From Ruminococcus sp. (GTDB taxonomy: Bacteria; Bacillota; Clostridia; Oscillospirales; Ruminococcaceae), in contig JAZSEJ010000009.1 in NCBI GenBank assembly GCA_045531615.1, forward strand, positions 67,576 to 99,575: 32,000 nucleotides of DNA. Direction: 5' to 3'. Positions 7,964 through 17,625 of the stretch are shown here, piece by piece (within the stretch, counting starts at the first letter, position 1; each line of letters begins with the position of its first letter). Under the pieces are notes generated by a model. It did no database searches and had not been told where the DNA came from. It saw only the letters and a list, made by a program, of their open reading frames with translations. The position numbers were made by a program, and so were the translations under genes.

Positions 7964-8092
7964 TTATTTATCATCTGTGTCTTTTCTCTTTACCGTAATC
8001 ATTTTCTTCTGCTTTCTCTTTCCGGCAATGATACCAATAACAACAGCCGCAATCCCTGTTCCAACCAGCATTTTCTTTGCTTTTCCTGACAT
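7964..8092 (-). CDS. 42-aa single-pass membrane protein (MSGKAKKMLVGTGIAAVVIGIIAGKRKQKKMITVKRKDTDDK).
   Basis: The ATG directly follows the TAA of the upstream gene, with a GAAGGGG SD 7 nt upstream. A hydrophobic core is flanked by Lys/Arg. It fills an otherwise empty 200-nt gap in the operon. Confidence 0.45.
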   Translation of the reverse strand: MSGKAKKMLVGTGIAAVVIGIIAGKRKQKKMITVKRKDTDDK

Positions 8093-8500
8093 TTATAACC
8101 CCTTCTTTCCTTTTAATAACTTCTTTTTCTGCTTCTTTTCTTTTTTCCTCATTTCCGCTGCCTCCTCCTGCCTGCACTGTCTGATACCTTCCTCACTTTC
8201 CGTAGAAACATACAAAAGCGGCTTGTTTGCAAACAACATCTGAAACTTCCGCTTCATCATTTCCGAAAATCCCATGCCGTTAAATGTATAAAACCCTTCC
8301 AACGCAATTGGTGACACCACCGGAACTGCTACATATACGCTCATTGTCAATCCTATATACGGATAAAGAAAAAGGACGATACCGCCTCCCACAGCTACCG
8401 AAACCAGTGAGCATACAAGCTGTTTTCCTGTAAGCCCCATGACAACGGATTCCTTGTAACGCTCAATATCCTTATTCAGTTCAATTACCAATTTTTTCAT
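8093..8500 (-). CDS. PrgI/TcpE-like small conjugation membrane protein.
   Basis: 135 aa with two hydrophobic helices (LVCSLVSVAVGGGIVLFLYPYIGL.., VYVAVPVVSPIAL). It sits immediately upstream of VirB4, as in Tn916/CTn-type elements. Confidence 0.6.
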   Translation of the reverse strand: MKKLVIELNKDIERYKESVVMGLTGKQLVCSLVSVAVGGGIVLFLYPYIGLTMSVYVAVPVVSPIALEGFYTFNGMGFSEMMKRKFQMLFANKPLLYVSTESEEGIRQCRQEEAAEMRKKEKKQKKKLLKGKKGL

Positions 8501-8507
8501 CTCCTTC

Positions 8508-9350
8508 TTATAATCCCAATGCCCTGCTTGTTAAATTCTGTGCCCCTTTCACACTTCCCGTTGTAAGTGCAACCGTAAACGTCATCTCACACAGATAGAT
8601 AAGTGTCTGTGTCCAGTCTGCATAACTTCCGGTAAATGCCGGAAGCCCCGCATTGATAAAAGCGTTGCATACCACAATTGCAAGTGCCATCGTGACCGCC
8701 TCAAAACATACGGATAAGAAATATTTACAGTATGTAACCGCCGTATGGCTTACTTCCCTGTTTCCGCCCATCGTTGCAAACGCAATCGAGCCAATCGGCA
8801 CAATTACAAGCAGCTTTAAAAAACGAAAATACACGTTATAAACCATAAAGAATCCGCAAATTAAAATAATCACCGATAAAAGCACGGCAAGAATTAACAT
8901 GACAAGCCCTTCTCCAAAATCGAGATTTCTTATAATTTCTGCCTGTGTGCTGTTAATGGATAAAACCGTACCGCTTCCGGCTGTCAGTGTATTTACCAGA
9001 TTTCCTATTGTGGAAAAAAATGCCTTCATAATCGTTACTCCGTTTGCCACGAACCACTCTGCAAGTGCCAGCTTTATCAACATGCGGAAAATTACCTCAA
9101 ACCGCATTTCTTCCCTGATGTCCACGCTTTCCGAGCAGAACCCTATGACAAAAAACAGCACCACAAGGGAAGAACCGACTGCCACAAACACCGGATTGAC
9201 AGCTTCAATCGCAGCCCACGGTCCTCCGCCCTTGAAATTGACTGGTGACTGTCCCAGCATTGCAAACACAAGCGAAACCTGATTATTCCAAAACCCAAAC
9301 ACCATCTCCAAAAGAGCAAGGATTTTATCACCCAGTTTAAAAATATCCAC
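8508..9350 (-). CDS. Polytopic membrane protein, VirB6-like (recalled as CD1112-family).
   Basis: 280 aa with at least 5 hydrophobic segments, in a conserved position between the Maff2-like and PrgI-like genes. Confidence 0.6.
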   Translation of the reverse strand: MDIFKLGDKILALLEMVFGFWNNQVSLVFAMLGQSPVNFKGGGPWAAIEAVNPVFVAVGSSLVVLFFVIGFCSESVDIREEMRFEVIFRMLIKLALAEWFVANGVTIMKAFFSTIGNLVNTLTAGSGTVLSINSTQAEIIRNLDFGEGLVMLILAVLLSVIILICGFFMVYNVYFRFLKLLVIVPIGSIAFATMGGNREVSHTAVTYCKYFLSVCFEAVTMALAIVVCNAFINAGLPAFTGSYADWTQTLIYLCEMTFTVALTTGSVKGAQNLTSRALGL

Positions 9351-9393
9351 TCCGTTTTCACCTCTTTTCTGCTAAGACAGTGAAACTTTCAGC

Positions 9394-9450
9394 AAAAAGA
9401 CACAACATACAGCACTTTCTAAGATTTCAGACTATATATTGTGTCTTTTT
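9394..9450 (-). terminator. Intra-operon hairpin (attenuator or partial terminator) after the Maff2-like gene.
   Basis: Perfect 12-bp stem aaaaagacacaa (9394-9405) / ttgtgtcttttt (9439-9450) with a 33-nt loop. The T-run forms part of the 3' arm on the minus strand. Confidence 0.45.
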
Positions 9451-9479
9451 CTTCTTTGAATGTCTCACGAATAAATTTT

Positions 9480-9830
9480 TTAGAAACCGAGGAACGAAAG
9501 CACCGTTGAAATGCCTGCCATCATAATCCCTGCCACAATGCCTTTTAATGCAGAGTTCATAGTGGAGGAATCCTGATTCTGGTATGCCTGTGCAAATTCC
9601 ATCACATTCTTTGCAAGAATAATGACACCGACTGCACCGATAATGGCAATCATTAGTGTTTTTAAATTATCAAGCGGCTGTGTGATTGCCTGTGTATTGG
9701 CTGCAAGCACCGATACCGGCATGGCTGCCATTAAGTATCCTGTCCCGTACAATACGGATGTCATTTTCTTTGCAGCGGATAAACCTCTCGTTTCTTTTTT
9801 CCCAGTTTTCATCATTTCTTTTTTTCTCAT
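9480..9830 (-). CDS. Maff2-like small membrane protein.
   Basis: The C-terminal half LKTLMIAIIGAVGVIILAKNVMEFAQAYQNQDSS..GIVAGIMMAGISTVLSFLGF matches the recalled Maff2 pattern. The start is uncertain: 9830 has an AAGGAG SD 10 nt upstream, and the track start is 9875. Confidence 0.55.
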   Translation of the reverse strand: MRKKEMMKTGKKETRGLSAAKKMTSVLYGTGYLMAAMPVSVLAANTQAITQPLDNLKTLMIAIIGAVGVIILAKNVMEFAQAYQNQDSSTMNSALKGIVAGIMMAGISTVLSFLGF

Positions 9831-9906
9831 AAATTCCATTCTCCTTATCTGTTTTAAATTCTTAAATTTAAGCATAAAAAAATCAGACCTCTTTCAGCCT
9901 GAATCC

Positions 9907-12099
9907 TTACTCTGTATGATATATTCCTGTATGATACATCTGACGCAGCTTCCTCATTTCCGCCACATCGGTTTCCGGATAAAAAACTGTCAGGATTTCC
10001 GATTTCGGTATGCCAAGCTCCATCATTTTATTCAGTTCTTCTTTCTGTTCCTTTGTAAACTTCCACTGCATCATGCGGTTCATAATGGTATCTTCCCCTG
10101 CAATCTCTTTCCGCTTTGTTTTTTCTCTCTTATCTGCCGCATCTGCTTCTGTACGTTCCTCCGGCTCAGGCATAAAACGCAGTTCGTTTGCCTCCTCACG
10201 GTTTAATTTTTCCCTCTGGGCTGTTTCGTCCAAATCAGTAAACCGCTTCTTCATTTCCAGTTCCGTCAGCACCGAAAATTCATCATAGCTTAACGTATCA
10301 ATATACACATTTTCGCCCTTTTCTTTTAAATTTTCATAGTAGCGGACAGCTTTTGGAGAAAGAATCCTGCACGGCAGTACGCCGGATTCTTTCCCTTCTG
10401 ACGGATTATGCACATACGGCTTGCCCTTTCCGTCTGCCGTCTGTTCAAACGCAGGGTGTGCAAACGGCACATATTTATCGTCCATAATCGGATCAAACCC
10501 ACGGATAAAAATAATACACTTTTTATTATCAAGCTTTCTGACTTCGTCCGGCGTAAACAATTCACGTCCCAGCACATCATAATTATTGCTGGAGCTTCCC
10601 TGCCTTCCTTTCGTCTCCCCGCTCGACTTTTTATCAATCGTGCCTTTTCCTAACAGTTCCGAAACATATTTATGCGTACTCTGCTCATTTCCGCCAAGAT
10701 AAATAAATGTATCGCAGTTGCCGGGGATTGTTTCCCATGTATCCTTAAACAATGCTTTTAACTGTGCAAAGTTCTGGATAATGATAATGCTTGAAATCTC
10801 ACGGCTACGCATAGTAGAAAGCAGTGAGCAGAAATCGTCCGGCAGGGCAACGTTTGGAAATTCGTCTAACATAAAAGTCACATGAATCGGCAGCCTTCCG
10901 CCACAGTTAAAGTCTGCCTGATAATAAAGCTCCTGAAAAATCTGCGTATACAGCATTCCTATGATAAAGTTATAGGATTTGTCGCTGTCCGGTATGACGC
11001 AGAATAACGCTGTCTTTGTCTCCCCGTCACCGTCTGCCCCAATGCCAAGCTCCGCAAGATTTAAGTCATCTTTTGAAAGCAATCGGAGTACCTGTTTGTT
11101 TTCCAAAAACGCAAGTCTTGAGTTTGCGGATATGATAATGGAACGCACCGTATCTCCTGCACCACGCATACATTTGTTGTACTGTTTTACCGCCGGATGC
11201 GATGCACCAAGCGGGGAACTTTCCTCCAGCACCTTCATTCGTATATCGAGCTTTGACAGTTTATCCTGCTCCGTGACTTCTGCCTCTCCCATAAGTCTCA
11301 GTACGCTCTCAAAATTCCGCATTGCGGGAGGTTCTTCCAGCCATACATAATAAAAAACTGCCTGTAAGAACAAGCTTTCGGCTTTCTCCCAAAACGGGTC
11401 CCCTTTTGTTGTACCCTTTGGCGTGGTATTGGAAATCAGATTTGTTATTAGTTTTACCACATCCGTTTCCTCACGGATATAAGAAAACGGATTATAACAG
11501 TCTGATTTTTCCATTTCCAAAAGATTAATAACCTTAACCCTGTAACCGTTGTCCTTTAACATCTGCCCGCAGCTTCTTAGGATCTCTCCCTTTGGATCGG
11601 TACAGATAAAAGAACAGTTGCGGGGCATCTGCATAAGATTCGGTTTTACCTCATAAAAAGTCTTTCCAGCACCCGAACCGCCGCAAATCAGGATATTGCC
11701 GTTTAATTTCAGCCTTCTGAAATCCAGTGACATTTTCACATTTTTGCTTAAAATACGGTTAAAAGAAGAATCCTTATCCATAAGTATCTTATTGGCATAC
11801 TGGGGCGATTCAAACCTTGCCGTGCCAAATTCCTTCCCCGGCATAAAGTTCCTCTGGCTTGTAACATACATAACCATTGCAATTACATAAATAAATACCG
11901 CTAAAACTACCGCTTTAACGGTTCTTTCATTGTAATAGTTGGCAAACGGTGCGGCATACACCTCTGTGAAAGCATTAAGAAATGCCACGGCATCCATTTC
12001 CGGCTCCCATGCCCCGTTTAGCAGATACCCCACATAGCCGGAAAAAACTGCCCCGAATATTACAAACCACCATGAGATTTTTTTCTTTTCACCAACCAT
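9907..12099 (-). CDS. VirD4/TraG-type type IV coupling protein.
   Basis: 730 aa with N-terminal TM helices. Walker A is ICGGSGAGKTF and Walker B is VTFMLDEFPNV. Confidence 0.9.
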   Translation of the reverse strand: MVGEKKKISWWFVIFGAVFSGYVGYLLNGAWEPEMDAVAFLNAFTEVYAAPFANYYNERTVKAVVLAVFIYVIAMVMYVTSQRNFMPGKEFGTARFESPQYANKILMDKDSSFNRILSKNVKMSLDFRRLKLNGNILICGGSGAGKTFYEVKPNLMQMPRNCSFICTDPKGEILRSCGQMLKDNGYRVKVINLLEMEKSDCYNPFSYIREETDVVKLITNLISNTTPKGTTKGDPFWEKAESLFLQAVFYYVWLEEPPAMRNFESVLRLMGEAEVTEQDKLSKLDIRMKVLEESSPLGASHPAVKQYNKCMRGAGDTVRSIIISANSRLAFLENKQVLRLLSKDDLNLAELGIGADGDGETKTALFCVIPDSDKSYNFIIGMLYTQIFQELYYQADFNCGGRLPIHVTFMLDEFPNVALPDDFCSLLSTMRSREISSIIIIQNFAQLKALFKDTWETIPGNCDTFIYLGGNEQSTHKYVSELLGKGTIDKKSSGETKGRQGSSSNNYDVLGRELFTPDEVRKLDNKKCIIFIRGFDPIMDDKYVPFAHPAFEQTADGKGKPYVHNPSEGKESGVLPCRILSPKAVRYYENLKEKGENVYIDTLSYDEFSVLTELEMKKRFTDLDETAQREKLNREEANELRFMPEPEERTEADAADKREKTKRKEIAGEDTIMNRMMQWKFTKEQKEELNKMMELGIPKSEILTVFYPETDVAEMRKLRQMYHTGIYHTE

Positions 12100-12105
12100 A
12101 AGCTG

Positions 12106-13227
12106 CTACCTCTTTTTCGGGAGCGGGGCTTTCTTCGCTGCATGGCTTGCCGTTTCCGTTCTTTTTCCTTCTTTATAACGCTTTGCCGTTTCTGCTGAAA
12201 TCCTGTCATAATGCCCGTTATACAAATCCTTACCCTTCATTGTCCCAATGATACGGTTATCTTTTGAATACAGCTTATACTCTTTCTCTGCATCAAGGAA
12301 TGTGAGGATTGTTTTTCCGCTGTGTATGTCCATTGCATTTTTCTTATCCAGCCAGATGTATTTCACATTTTCGCCCCAAGTACCCGGTATGCGTGTCTTG
12401 ACTGCCCGTTCATTTTCCTCCACGACAAGCTGCTTTGTAATCGTAATATCAAGCAAAGCCTGATTCTGTGCCGCAGCAATGCCTGCCATACGCTGTGAAA
12501 GCTCCTTATATCGTGTAATACGTTTTATAAATGCTTCCTTATCCATAATGACTTTATGCTGTCCGTTGTCCGCTTTATCCAGCACCCCGATTTTTTCAAG
12601 CTGCCGTAACACTTCCTCTGCCTGCTCACTGGTGGCGGAAAAATTTTCTTTTATTTCCTCCATGCTGACGCTCTTTTTCTCCGTCACATACATGCCGACC
12701 TTTTCCATAAGCCCGTTTAAGACTTCTCCCGCTTTCCTTTCCTCTGCCGTATGCGGGCTGTTCCTCCCCTGCTTTTCCAGAAAGGACATCACCTTAGAAA
12801 GCTCCTCTTCATTTCCGTTTTTTAAGTAGTCATCAAACGTGGCTGTCTTTGCCGAGCTTATTTTCTGCACCATCATATTCACTCTCGGCACAGCTTCCGT
12901 ATGAAAAATGATTTCCCCCATGCCGTCCTTTTTATTGATGTCTGGAAGCACCGAATATAAAATCCCGTATTTTTTTGCCATCTTTTCAATCTGTTTTCTG
13001 TCGCTTTCCGCAAACTGAAGCACCTGTAAATCGCCTCCTTTTAACAGAAGCTTCCTCATGTCTGTCCTGCCCATTGATTTTTCATACTCAACAACGGCAA
13101 TCAGAAAATCCAGCATCTTTCGCATCTGCTCTAATGTGCCGCTTCCTATTTTCATGGCAATTTCAATCCCGTCATAAGCCACACGGATAATCTGCACCGC
13201 CTCCTGTATTTCTTCTGACATTCTCAC
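12106..13227 (-). CDS. PcfB-like conjugation protein.
   Basis: The N-terminus EEIQEAVQIIRVAYDGIEIAMKIGSGTLEQM.. resembles the recalled PcfB/DUF3801 family. It lies directly upstream of the coupling protein. Confidence 0.55.
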   Translation of the reverse strand: MRMSEEIQEAVQIIRVAYDGIEIAMKIGSGTLEQMRKMLDFLIAVVEYEKSMGRTDMRKLLLKGGDLQVLQFAESDRKQIEKMAKKYGILYSVLPDINKKDGMGEIIFHTEAVPRVNMMVQKISSAKTATFDDYLKNGNEEELSKVMSFLEKQGRNSPHTAEERKAGEVLNGLMEKVGMYVTEKKSVSMEEIKENFSATSEQAEEVLRQLEKIGVLDKADNGQHKVIMDKEAFIKRITRYKELSQRMAGIAAAQNQALLDITITKQLVVEENERAVKTRIPGTWGENVKYIWLDKKNAMDIHSGKTILTFLDAEKEYKLYSKDNRIIGTMKGKDLYNGHYDRISAETAKRYKEGKRTETASHAAKKAPLPKKR

Positions 13228-13236
13228 GCCTCCCCT

Positions 13237-13452
13237 CTATCTTGCAGACTTTTTCTTCTGCTTTTTAAATTTCTCTGCCATTGTATCCGCTGCTTTTTTC
13301 AGTTCCTCCGCTGATGAAAATTCCCCGTATTTCAACTTTTCTTCCACCATGTCATACACAAAATAATCTGCATGGTAGACAGCCCTTGCCGTTTCATTTA
13401 CCAAATGAAGGGAATCGCCTTTCCTAAAAATATGGTTTAATGCATCTGCCAT
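13237..13452 (-). CDS. Hypothetical 71-aa protein.
   Basis: ORF packed tightly in the operon, overlapping the upstream gene by 16 nt. Confidence 0.45.
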   Translation of the reverse strand: MADALNHIFRKGDSLHLVNETARAVYHADYFVYDMVEEKLKYGEFSSAEELKKAADTMAEKFKKQKKKSAR

Positions 13453-13850
13453 TTTCCCAAACCCGGTGTAATTTCAACCGGATATTTTCCGCCGATGCAG
13501 ACATTATCCACAGATTCTCTGATACCGATGCTTCCTAAAATGTCTGCCAGTTCATTTGTCGGAAATTCAATCACCGCCGTATCGTTTCCATTTTTCACAA
13601 TGGCAGTAACGGTATAATCATTATCCTCACGCACGATGCCTTTCTGCCGGTTGTTCATTTCCCTTAATGTACGGCTGCATAAGTCTTTGATTGCTTCCTG
13701 CTGGTCCGTAAAATAATGAGCCCACAAATACTCCCCGTCTTTGACTTCCCAAGTCGCAAACTGTCTTTTTTCTGAATGTACGCCCATTGCTGTCTGAATC
13801 CCGCCCACAGGAAAAATATCTGTAATTATATATTTGTCATATACATCCAT
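13437..13850 (-). CDS. Hypothetical 137-aa protein.
   Basis: ORF in the operon with no recognisable motif. Confidence 0.5.
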   Translation of the reverse strand: MDVYDKYIITDIFPVGGIQTAMGVHSEKRQFATWEVKDGEYLWAHYFTDQQEAIKDLCSRTLREMNNRQKGIVREDNDYTVTAIVKNGNDTAVIEFPTNELADILGSIGIRESVDNVCIGGKYPVEITPGLGKWQMH

Positions 13851-13867
13851 TGATTCTGCCTCCTTAT

Positions 13868-14260
13868 CTAGCCATTTTTTTTCACAAGCTGTTCACTGAC
13901 TTTCTCCTGCGGAATGTCCTTTAATTCTTCCACCGTCAAATCCACTCCATAGGCTTCTAAAATCTCTGATAACCGCTTTACTGCTTTTTCTTCCTCAATG
14001 CGGTACATTTCTAGTGCAACCAGAAGATTTTCAACCTGTCTGATCCAGTCCGGCTTGTTTCCCAAAAGCACCTCATACTTCTGCAATACCGCCTTTTTAT
14101 CTGCCCCGTCCTGTGTAAGTTCTTCAAAAAGCTTCTCCGTCAGCTCCTTATCTCCGGTTGCACACGCAAACCGGAATAAAAAGTTTCTGTCCGTTTCCGA
14201 TAACCCTGCCTGTTTTCTGTCAATCAATGCGGCAGTTTCTGCTACTGCTCCCAAATCCAT
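13868..14260 (-). CDS. Hypothetical 130-aa acidic helical protein.
   Basis: ORF in the operon, starting 4 nt after the upstream stop. Confidence 0.5.
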   Translation of the reverse strand: MDLGAVAETAALIDRKQAGLSETDRNFLFRFACATGDKELTEKLFEELTQDGADKKAVLQKYEVLLGNKPDWIRQVENLLVALEMYRIEEEKAVKRLSEILEAYGVDLTVEELKDIPQEKVSEQLVKKNG

Positions 14261-14263
14261 GTA

Positions 14264-15439
14264 CTACCCCTCCTTCTGTTTATTTTCATATACGGCAATA
14301 TTAATGATTTCCTTCATCTGCTCCGCCGGAATCTGATTGTTGATAAGCACTAAAATCTGCTCCTCACTTAACCCCTTTTCGATTGCAGTCCGTATCTGAA
14401 CAAGCTGTTTCGGCTCAAGATTTTTCTCTACTACAAGTCTTACAATATCTGTTTTTTTCTTAAATACCATGCGTGAAAACAGTGCCGTCAATGCAGGCTT
14501 CTCTTTTTTCCGTTCCATGCGTTCTGCAGGCATAACAGAAATTACTTTTCCATTTTCATCTAAAATGGCTACATTATAACCCTCCCACGGATAAGAAGGA
14601 ATTTCCATTCTTTCCATTTCTCTTTTTTCATTTCCTGTTTTCTGAACCGCTTCCTCTGATTTTTCTTCCTTCTCTGCTGCTTTCTTTTCTTCTAATTTTT
14701 CTGCCATCTGCCTTTCTTCTGCCTCCTTTCTTAACTGTGCCATCTGCTGCTTCAATTTTTCATTCTCCCTTCCTGCATCATCTTTTTCATTCCGAAGCCT
14801 GACTACCGCAGCCCTTGCATCATTTAACTCATTCTGCTGTTTCTCCATCATCTGCTCCATTTCTGAAACTTTGTTTGACAGTTTTTCACATTCCCCCTTA
14901 ACCTGATTCGCTGTCTGAATTTCTTTTAATTTTTCATTCAGTGCATCGTAGCGTTTTTCCTGAAATTCTATTTTTTCTACAACGGTTTTTATCTGCTCCA
15001 AAAGCTTCTCTGCATAGTCTTCCTGTTCTTTAGCCGCTTCTGCCACTTTCGGTACAGCCTCCATAAAATTCTGAAACATTTTTTTCATTACAAATGCCGT
15101 GCGTCCGTTATCGCCCGTAACCTCTGCAATCGTTTCAACAGCCACTCCCTTTTCATAAAATTCAAGTGCCACTGCCATCTGTTCGGCGGCAAGCCCTTCT
15201 TTTACGATACAGTCGATTGCTTCCTGCGGATAACCATTTCTAAGGCATTTGGAATATATTTTCATCTGTGCCATATCAAATTTTTTCATGGAATACAGCT
15301 CCGTTTCCTCAATCGTCAGACCATACTGCAAATCCCTCTCCACAAGATTTACCACTTCCTTGCTGAATCTGGGATTTCTGCGTAAATTTGACAAATATAC
15401 ATTCATGTCAATACTGCTTAATTTTTCACGTTCTTCCAT
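14264..15439 (-). CDS. Coiled-coil protein with repeated helical modules at both ends, function unknown.
   Basis: The central stretch is E/K/Q-rich. Modules of the form ..GL(T/S)xEExxL.. and ..AEQM.. recur at the N- and C-termini. I chose the start at 15439 (MEEREKL) because an AGGAGG SD lies 7 nt upstream. Confidence 0.55.
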   Translation of the reverse strand: MEEREKLSSIDMNVYLSNLRRNPRFSKEVVNLVERDLQYGLTIEETELYSMKKFDMAQMKIYSKCLRNGYPQEAIDCIVKEGLAAEQMAVALEFYEKGVAVETIAEVTGDNGRTAFVMKKMFQNFMEAVPKVAEAAKEQEDYAEKLLEQIKTVVEKIEFQEKRYDALNEKLKEIQTANQVKGECEKLSNKVSEMEQMMEKQQNELNDARAAVVRLRNEKDDAGRENEKLKQQMAQLRKEAEERQMAEKLEEKKAAEKEEKSEEAVQKTGNEKREMERMEIPSYPWEGYNVAILDENGKVISVMPAERMERKKEKPALTALFSRMVFKKKTDIVRLVVEKNLEPKQLVQIRTAIEKGLSEEQILVLINNQIPAEQMKEIINIAVYENKQKEG

Positions 15440-15484
15440 CTGTCTGCCTCCTATCAAATAAATTACTGCAATAAAAAACACAGC

Positions 15485-16933
15485 CTATAATACCGGCTGC
15501 TTCTTTCGTTCTGCTTTTCTGTTTTCTTCCCTCAGCTGCTGTTTCTCTGTCTCTGCCGACATCAATTCTTCCAACAGTCGTTTTGCAATACGTTCCTCCC
15601 TTTTAACTGCCGTTTCCTTTTCCCTTATTTCTGCTATCCTATTATGATAATGACGCTTAAACGTCTCCAGCTGTTCCACGGAATACCCTTCCTTTTCCAG
15701 TTTTTCGGAAAGCTCCCCGTACCTTTTATGCTCCTCCTCAAACAGCATCTCCCCTCTCTGGTAACAGCTTTCCATTTCCGATAATTCCTTTAATTCAGCA
15801 GCAATATTAAACAGAAGCTTCATTCTTGCCCGTTCCTTAAAAATACGGCTTTTTTCTTCTGCTATTTTCTTTTTCTTCTCCTCCATATTTTCCGAAATAA
15901 TTGCAATATCCACGGGTGTCCTTATCTCATGGTGCACAAGAAACAGATAATTTTCCTGCAACTTCTTCATTTCCCGAATCTCATCACGGTATTTCCATGC
16001 CTGACTGTACGGGTGTTTTCTTATCCGCCTTAACCGGAACAGCCTTCTGAAATAGCGTTTCTGCAAACCGGACAGCCCCGCTTTTTTATAACGCTTAATA
16101 CGACACTTCACTATCTTCGGCATCTGTCCCCTTTTCTGATAAGAAGCAAGCGTTTCTGTCAGGATTCTTTCACGGATTCTTTCCTCCGAATAATCTGCAC
16201 CAAGACTTTTGCACCGTTTAAACCGTGTCAGTCCCATCGGCTTTACGGCAAGGTATTTCCCCCCGCTATTGCCGGCATTTTTGATTTCATATCCCATTCC
16301 GGCAAGCATGGTTAAAAAAGATTCATATGTTGCAGCCTGCATGATACAGGCATCCATATCCCTCTTTATCATGTCAGCCCATACCAGTTTTCCGTCTTTG
16401 CAGTCATTCCATTCTTTATAATTTTCAGATTTTTTGGCACGGTCTTCTGCAATTTCAATCGTGGAAAGACCATGCTCCGTGCACAGCCTGTTTGTAATCG
16501 GCTGTATCTTTTCTGCCCAGTCCCCTTTTTCATAACGGAACTTTTTTCCGGTGAGGAAGCTTACACTGTTAAAAATAATATGCCCGTGTATATGCTCCGT
16601 ATTGTCATGCACCGAATATACCGCCTCATAATCTTTTCCAAGATATTCCTCCGCAAATTTCCCGATAATTTTAAATGCCGTTTCCGCATCCACTTCCCCT
16701 TCTGCGAAGGAAATAATCATGTGGTAGCCCTGTCTCTTATCCGTCTTTCCAAACTGCTTTTTTGTCTGCCGCATCTGCTCATACGCATTGTCAGGCTGGC
16801 AGTTTAAAGAAGACACCCACCTTCCTTCCCCTGTCTTATGCTCCGCCATAATATAATCAAGAGCCTGCTTTAAATGCTTTCCCGCATAGCCGCTGCCACA
16901 ATCCCCAATGTAAAGAATCTTGCTGATTGCCAA
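15485..16933 (-). CDS. Relaxase / mobilisation nuclease (MobA/VirD2-type).
   Basis: Histidine-triad motif HDNTEHIHGHIIFNSV. The N-terminus (M)AISKILYIG.. aligns with the recalled MAITKIHPIK-type relaxase starts. TTG start at 16933. The C-terminal half is coiled-coil. Confidence 0.85.
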   Translation of the reverse strand: MAISKILYIGDCGSGYAGKHLKQALDYIMAEHKTGEGRWVSSLNCQPDNAYEQMRQTKKQFGKTDKRQGYHMIISFAEGEVDAETAFKIIGKFAEEYLGKDYEAVYSVHDNTEHIHGHIIFNSVSFLTGKKFRYEKGDWAEKIQPITNRLCTEHGLSTIEIAEDRAKKSENYKEWNDCKDGKLVWADMIKRDMDACIMQAATYESFLTMLAGMGYEIKNAGNSGGKYLAVKPMGLTRFKRCKSLGADYSEERIRERILTETLASYQKRGQMPKIVKCRIKRYKKAGLSGLQKRYFRRLFRLRRIRKHPYSQAWKYRDEIREMKKLQENYLFLVHHEIRTPVDIAIISENMEEKKKKIAEEKSRIFKERARMKLLFNIAAELKELSEMESCYQRGEMLFEEEHKRYGELSEKLEKEGYSVEQLETFKRHYHNRIAEIREKETAVKREERIAKRLLEELMSAETEKQQLREENRKAERKKQPVL

Positions 16934-16939
16934 CCTGTT

Positions 16940-17281
16940 TTACCTTGTCCTTCCCATTTTCTGATTTTTCTCCGGTTCACGCATATATTCCTGCAATTCA
17001 TATTCGCACGGAACATAGACTTTCTGATTTTCCAGACATAAAAACAGGTCTGCATCTTTTGTGGGCGAAGCGACATAAAATCCCGCATGGGAATATTCTC
17101 GCTTCTGCTGTCCAAAATAATTTTCCGCCATCATTCCAAGCTCCATATCACGCTTTAACCGTTTTGTAATTTCAAAAAAATTGCCTTCTTCCTTTGGTGA
17201 CTGACCTAAAGGCTTAAAATGATACCCCTGATACAGAAAATAGCCGTTTTCTGCAAGCATTCGTTCTCTCTCCGGTGTCAT
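16940..17281 (-). CDS. Hypothetical 113-aa protein between mobC and the relaxase.
   Basis: ATGA overlap with the MobC stop; its own stop is 4 nt before the relaxase start. Confidence 0.5.
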   Translation of the reverse strand: MTPERERMLAENGYFLYQGYHFKPLGQSPKEEGNFFEITKRLKRDMELGMMAENYFGQQKREYSHAGFYVASPTKDADLFLCLENQKVYVPCEYELQEYMREPEKNQKMGRTR

Positions 17282-17625
17282 TCCATGCCGCCTTTCTGCT
17301 TGCCAATCTGCTCCGCCGTATCTTTTACCAATAAATTTAACTTTTTCATATATGCCTTTAACAGCTCCCTGTCCTCCGTGCGGTATATTTTGGAATTATA
17401 ATTTCTTGTAATCTGATTGATGTTATTGCCGATGGCATTGACTTCATTAATCAGTTCACGGAGAAGAATACGGATTTCAGGGTAATCATTTGGATTCTGT
17501 GTAATCAGAAGCCGCAAATAATCTGCCTCACACATCTTTTTGGCTTTTGCTTTTTCTGCAAGCATTTTGGATTCTTCCGGCATTAACCGGAGTGTCTTCT
17601 TAACACAATGGATACTGTCTGCCAT
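17278..17625 (-). CDS. mobC: MobC-like relaxosome accessory protein.
   Basis: 115 aa. The pattern ..LRLMPEESKMLAEKAKAKKMCEADYLRLL.. followed by NAIGNNINQITR is typical of bacterial mobilisation protein MobC. It lies upstream of the relaxase. Confidence 0.7.
   Translation of the reverse strand: MADSIHCVKKTLRLMPEESKMLAEKAKAKKMCEADYLRLLITQNPNDYPEIRILLRELINEVNAIGNNINQITRNYNSKIYRTEDRELLKAYMKKLNLLVKDTAEQIGKQKGGME

Noticed and set aside
7887-8243. 118-aa plus-strand ORF spanning the virB4-upstream gap.
   Set aside because: It is antisense to the PrgI-like gene tail and the 42-aa ORF. It has Phe/Ser-rich low complexity and no SD.
9622-11890. Several 60-190-aa plus-strand ORFs (9622-10206, 10010-10288, 10408-10653, 10979-11350, 11322-11528, 11696-11890) and the minus-strand off-frame ORF 10326-10637.
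   Set aside because: Nearly all of this span lies inside the Maff2-like or VirD4 genes, in other frames, with Ser/Phe/Leu-rich composition typical of antisense reading. None has an RBS.
16870-17169. Track ORFs 16870-17115(-) and 16927-17169(+).
   Set aside because: They overlap the relaxase start and the 113-aa gene in other frames. The operon is already tightly packed, with coupled stops and starts.
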